A stretch of 64,000 nucleotides of DNA from Verrucomicrobiia bacterium (lineage in GTDB: Bacteria; Verrucomicrobiota; Verrucomicrobiia; Limisphaerales; UBA8199). A program made the position numbers and the translations under genes. Positions 60,937 to 64,000 of this stretch are shown here, piece by piece (positions within the stretch are counted from its first letter, which is position 1; each line of letters opens with the position of its first letter). The stretch spans positions 400-64,399 of the forward strand of contig DATGLT010000445.1 in NCBI GenBank assembly GCA_035294005.1. Direction: 5' to 3'. The notes beneath the pieces are model-generated. The model saw only the letters and a list, made by a program, of their open reading frames with translations, was not told where the DNA came from and made no database searches.

Positions 60937-61665
60937 TCACGGGTTGCGAGTTCCACGGACCAAATAAGCTGAGCAAACGACCTTTGGGCCGAGCCAACGA
61001 TCGAATTTGGGCAGCACGCGAGGTAAAATGAGATGAATCGGGAGTTTGGCGAGTGTCCGAAGGCATTTGGATGTTATTCGTTGAAAAAAGGGCAGCATTT
61101 TTTCATGGGCTCCCCAAGCTGTGTAAAACACCTGCAGGTAAACGACGGCCGTGCGGCCAGGACCCCCCACCGGCGTAATTTCATCGATTGAAAAGCCGTG
61201 GAGCGGAAGCCAGTGCCGGTACCAATAATGAGTGAACCCACCATAGAAATGGTATGGTTCCATATGCAAACTCGAACTCAAGGGCGCCGTTAAGAAGAGC
61301 TTGCCCCCGGGCTTCAAAAGCCGAAAGAACTCCCGGAGCACGGCCATCGGGTCTGCCACATGCTCGATTACCTCGGTACAGAGTATCGCATCGAGCGAAT
61401 GTGGAGGCAGGGGAATCGACGTGATCTCACATACGTAGGTAAGCGGCTCGGCGTAACGCACTAGCTCCCCCTGGTATTGGCAAAAGTCCTGAGTTTCGTA
61501 CCGGCAATGGGCAAAGTACGGCCGATATTTGCTGGCGCCGGCGCCCGCATCCAGCACCCAACTTCCCTTAGGCAACAGCGCGGCCTGAGCCTTCACCCAA
61601 GCATCGCGCATAAAGGGCTCATAAGCCCACAGGTAATCGCGCCTTGTTGTCGCAAGTCGATCCAT
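60937..61665 (-). CDS. Class I SAM-dependent methyltransferase
   Basis: VLDAGAG, DAILCTEVIEHV.DP, LLKPGG.L.LTAP. Confidence 0.88.
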   Translation of the reverse strand: MDRLATTRRDYLWAYEPFMRDAWVKAQAALLPKGSWVLDAGAGASKYRPYFAHCRYETQDFCQYQGELVRYAEPLTYVCEITSIPLPPHSLDAILCTEVIEHVADPMAVLREFFRLLKPGGKLFLTAPLSSSLHMEPYHFYGGFTHYWYRHWLPLHGFSIDEITPVGGPGRTAVVYLQVFYTAWGAHEKMLPFFQRITSKCLRTLAKLPIHLILPRVLPKFDRWLGPKVVCSAYLVRGTRNP

Positions 61666-61856
61666 GCCAGAAAAGAGAGATTCTTTGACAGTGGGTTTTC
61701 AAACAAGCAGAATGTGACTCCAAGCTATGCTTCCATTCCCGTTGGCGGATTTCGAGCAGGCATTGCACGACGAGGTGTGGCCTGACGGCCGTACGGTTAG
61801 CACGTGGAACCACAACGCTCGACCGTAAGTTACTAAACAAAGTTCCAGTCCAGTGA

Positions 61857-63308
61857 ATGAAAGGTCGGAGTTTATGTTCAACCGCGGTTCGCGTACTCGA
61901 GGCACTGCTGAAACGACTTTTCGCTTCGGCGATTGCGTGGTTATGGCTATATAACGCTTTCAGGTTAGCTTCCGGGCTCATTTTATTGCCGCTGGTTTTT
62001 AGAACATTCAGCAAAGCAGATTTAGGGATGTATTATGTTCTTATGACCCTTTCGGCCTTAATTCCGCTAGTGGATTTCGGGTTTGGTCCGACAATCGGAC
62101 GTTTCGTCGGGTATGCGATGGGAGGTGCCACATCCTTGCAAACGCACGGACTTGCCAAATCGGAGAGTTCCGGGGCTCCTAACTACACCCTGCTGTGGCA
62201 ACTGCTTTTCACGTCGCGCTCGCTTTACCGTATCCTTTTACTGGGCCTGCTGTTGATCCTTGGGGTATGGGGAACGTACCTTGTAGAATTGCGGATTCAA
62301 GAAACTTCTTCTGTCGCAATCACACGGTTTGCGTGGCTGGCTACGCTCGTAGCCGCTCTGTTTGACATTTACTCGAATTGGTGGGTCGTTTTTCTACGCG
62401 GCACGAACGATGTTCTGACGGCTGCGCGCATTGACGTACTGGCCATGACGGTGCGTCTCGTGATTTCCGCCGTCTTGCTGGTGTGCGGCGCAGGATTGCT
62501 AAGCGTGCCGATCGGAGGACTCCTTGGCAGTTTTATCCAACGTTCCCTGGCACGTCGGCGCTGTCTTAAATTGCTGTCGGGACATCCGCAGCCGCATAAG
62601 ACGGAGCGCAAAAGAATCTTGAGCATACTATGGCCAAATGCCTGGCGGGCCGGAATGATTTTCGTAGGAGGTTACCTGACTGTGAATGCCAATACCGCCA
62701 TTTGCCTCCACTCACTCGGTTTGAGCGCAAATGCGCAATACGGGCTTTCGGTCCAACTGCTGAATGTGATCGCGGGTATTGCGGGCGCCTGGACAGCCGT
62801 CAAATGGCCAATCATTGCCCAGTACCAGGCGCGCCACGATTTCGCTGCGATGCAGTCGGTCCTGCGGCCGCGCATTTGGCTGCAAACCTTGAGCTTTATC
62901 GGCATGTCCCTCATGTTGCTGCTTTTGGGGCCTCTGCTGCTGGCGCATTTCGGAAATGGTAAGCAAGTTCTGCCATTGGGTTGGTTTGGGCTGCTGGCGA
63001 TAGGTTCGTTCCTCGATATGCAACTCGGATTTTGGAGCACCCTAATTTTTGTTGGGAACCGATTGCCGTTCCTATGGCCGGTAATCGCGGCAAACGTTCT
63101 CAGTCTGGGCCTGTCTCTTGCTCTTATGCATTTCACTTCAATTGGCGTGGGAGCTTTGGTTTTGGGGCCCTTGCTTTCTGGAAGCTGTTTCAACTACTGG
63201 TATTGGCCCCAATATGCCTGCGCTGCTATCGGTACGAGCCTCTTTCGCTTCTTGTTCAGAGGGCAAGTCATTGCCAAAGCACCAGCTCAACATGGTGCCT
63301 TGGTTTAG
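61857..63308 (+). CDS. Wzx-like oligosaccharide flippase
   Basis: About 12-14 TM; LPLV...S..DLG.YY, DFGFGPTI.R, YGLSVQ typical of polysaccharide flippases. Confidence 0.75.
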   Translation: MKGRSLCSTAVRVLEALLKRLFASAIAWLWLYNAFRLASGLILLPLVFRTFSKADLGMYYVLMTLSALIPLVDFGFGPTIGRFVGYAMGGATSLQTHGLAKSESSGAPNYTLLWQLLFTSRSLYRILLLGLLLILGVWGTYLVELRIQETSSVAITRFAWLATLVAALFDIYSNWWVVFLRGTNDVLTAARIDVLAMTVRLVISAVLLVCGAGLLSVPIGGLLGSFIQRSLARRRCLKLLSGHPQPHKTERKRILSILWPNAWRAGMIFVGGYLTVNANTAICLHSLGLSANAQYGLSVQLLNVIAGIAGAWTAVKWPIIAQYQARHDFAAMQSVLRPRIWLQTLSFIGMSLMLLLLGPLLLAHFGNGKQVLPLGWFGLLAIGSFLDMQLGFWSTLIFVGNRLPFLWPVIAANVLSLGLSLALMHFTSIGVGALVLGPLLSGSCFNYWYWPQYACAAIGTSLFRFLFRGQVIAKAPAQHGALV

Positions 63309-63449
63309 TTCGCAAAACTAAGGCAGGGACTCTGCAGTAAGTGGCCTTGGAGCCTGTATTTCTGATCGGAAGTTCGAACGCCGTTGGTGGGTTGGGGTTT
63401 CCGTTGCGTTGAAACGAAGAAATTATGGTAAGGACCGAAGAACAACCCT

Positions 63450-64000
63450 TCAGCTGGTCAATAAAGCTTCGACCAGCTTGCTGCAGGTGAGTTTCCAGTT
63501 GAATCGTGCCATTAATGCTTCTTGCCAATTGTGAAGCTGGGCCGGAGGAGTGCGCAGAGCGGTTTCCAGCGCCGCGGCGAACGACTCATACGAATCATTT
63601 TGAAATGCGCACCCCGCGCCAGCCATGATTTCCTGCGTGGCCGCAATATCGGAATAGACCGGGCAGGCGCCGTGCGAGATGGCCTCGACAGGCGGCATAC
63701 CAAATCCTTCGTAATCGGAAAAAAATACTAGAGCGCGAGACCGGCCAAGCAGTCGGCGAAAATCGGGCTCAGGAAGACGGCAGTGGAGCTTCCAGTTCGG
63801 ATAGGGTGGCAAAGTCATCTCCTGAGGCAATCGGCCGACCCAATCGATTGTGCCCTGAAATCCGGTTTTAGCCTGCCATTGTGTAAGATATTTGACGGCC
63901 AAATCGGTTCGTTTATGAGGCCACGCCCCCGCTAACACCAAGATTCGATTTTCGCCAGGCAGCTTCTCGCATTGGCGGAGCTCAGTGCCCATGCCAATTG
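63450..64000 (-). CDS. Glycosyltransferase family 4, 5'-truncated by the window edge
   Basis: PHKRT, FSDYEGFGMPPVEAI..G; the frame stays open to the right edge. Confidence 0.85.
   Translation of the reverse strand, partial: IGMGTELRQCEKLPGENRILVLAGAWPHKRTDLAVKYLTQWQAKTGFQGTIDWVGRLPQEMTLPPYPNWKLHCRLPEPDFRRLLGRSRALVFFSDYEGFGMPPVEAISHGACPVYSDIAATQEIMAGAGCAFQNDSYESFAAALETALRTPPAQLHNWQEALMARFNWKLTCSKLVEALLTS

Larger units (their letters stand above)
47135..64000. other. Surface polysaccharide (LPS O-antigen/EPS) biosynthesis and modification locus, continues past the right edge
   Basis: Clustered GT2, three GT4, a CgeB-like GT, an NDP-sugar epimerase, Wzy/O-antigen ligase-like, Wzx-like and five SAM methyltransferases. 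Confidence 0.85.

Overview
A 64-kb bacterial chromosomal window. Its gene content (Gloeo/Verruco repeat protein, lamin-tail/CotH protein, PQQ-like propellers, DUF1080 fusion) suggests Verrucomicrobiota, probably subdivision 3; this is an inference with no database search. The left end encodes a proteasome-type ARC/Mpa AAA+ ATPase followed by a Dop-type depupylase. The Dop gene runs off the window and is missing from the ORF track, and together the two point to a Pup/UBact-like protein-tagging locus in a diderm organism. About 4-47 kb is mostly housekeeping: purSQ, hisF/hisI, trpE, hrpB, argB, thiL-tsaE-tsaB, ligA, tadA, leuB, clpPX, rsmA, queE, gdh, purC and guaA. Interspersed are a lipoprotein triad (LpoB-like/TPR/YcfL-like), a GH5-like::DUF1080 fusion, an MBOAT pair, a GTAG-type REP doublet and an unannotated 43-aa lipoprotein. 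From about 47.1 kb to the right edge lies a mixed-orientation surface-polysaccharide locus (glycosyltransferases, Wzy/O-antigen-ligase-like, Wzx-like, an epimerase and five SAM methyltransferases) interrupted by secreted repeat proteins. Across the window, at least eight genes have a -10 box 5-7 nt before the start codon, which suggests widespread leaderless transcription. No rRNA, tRNA, CRISPR array, transposase or integrase was recognised.
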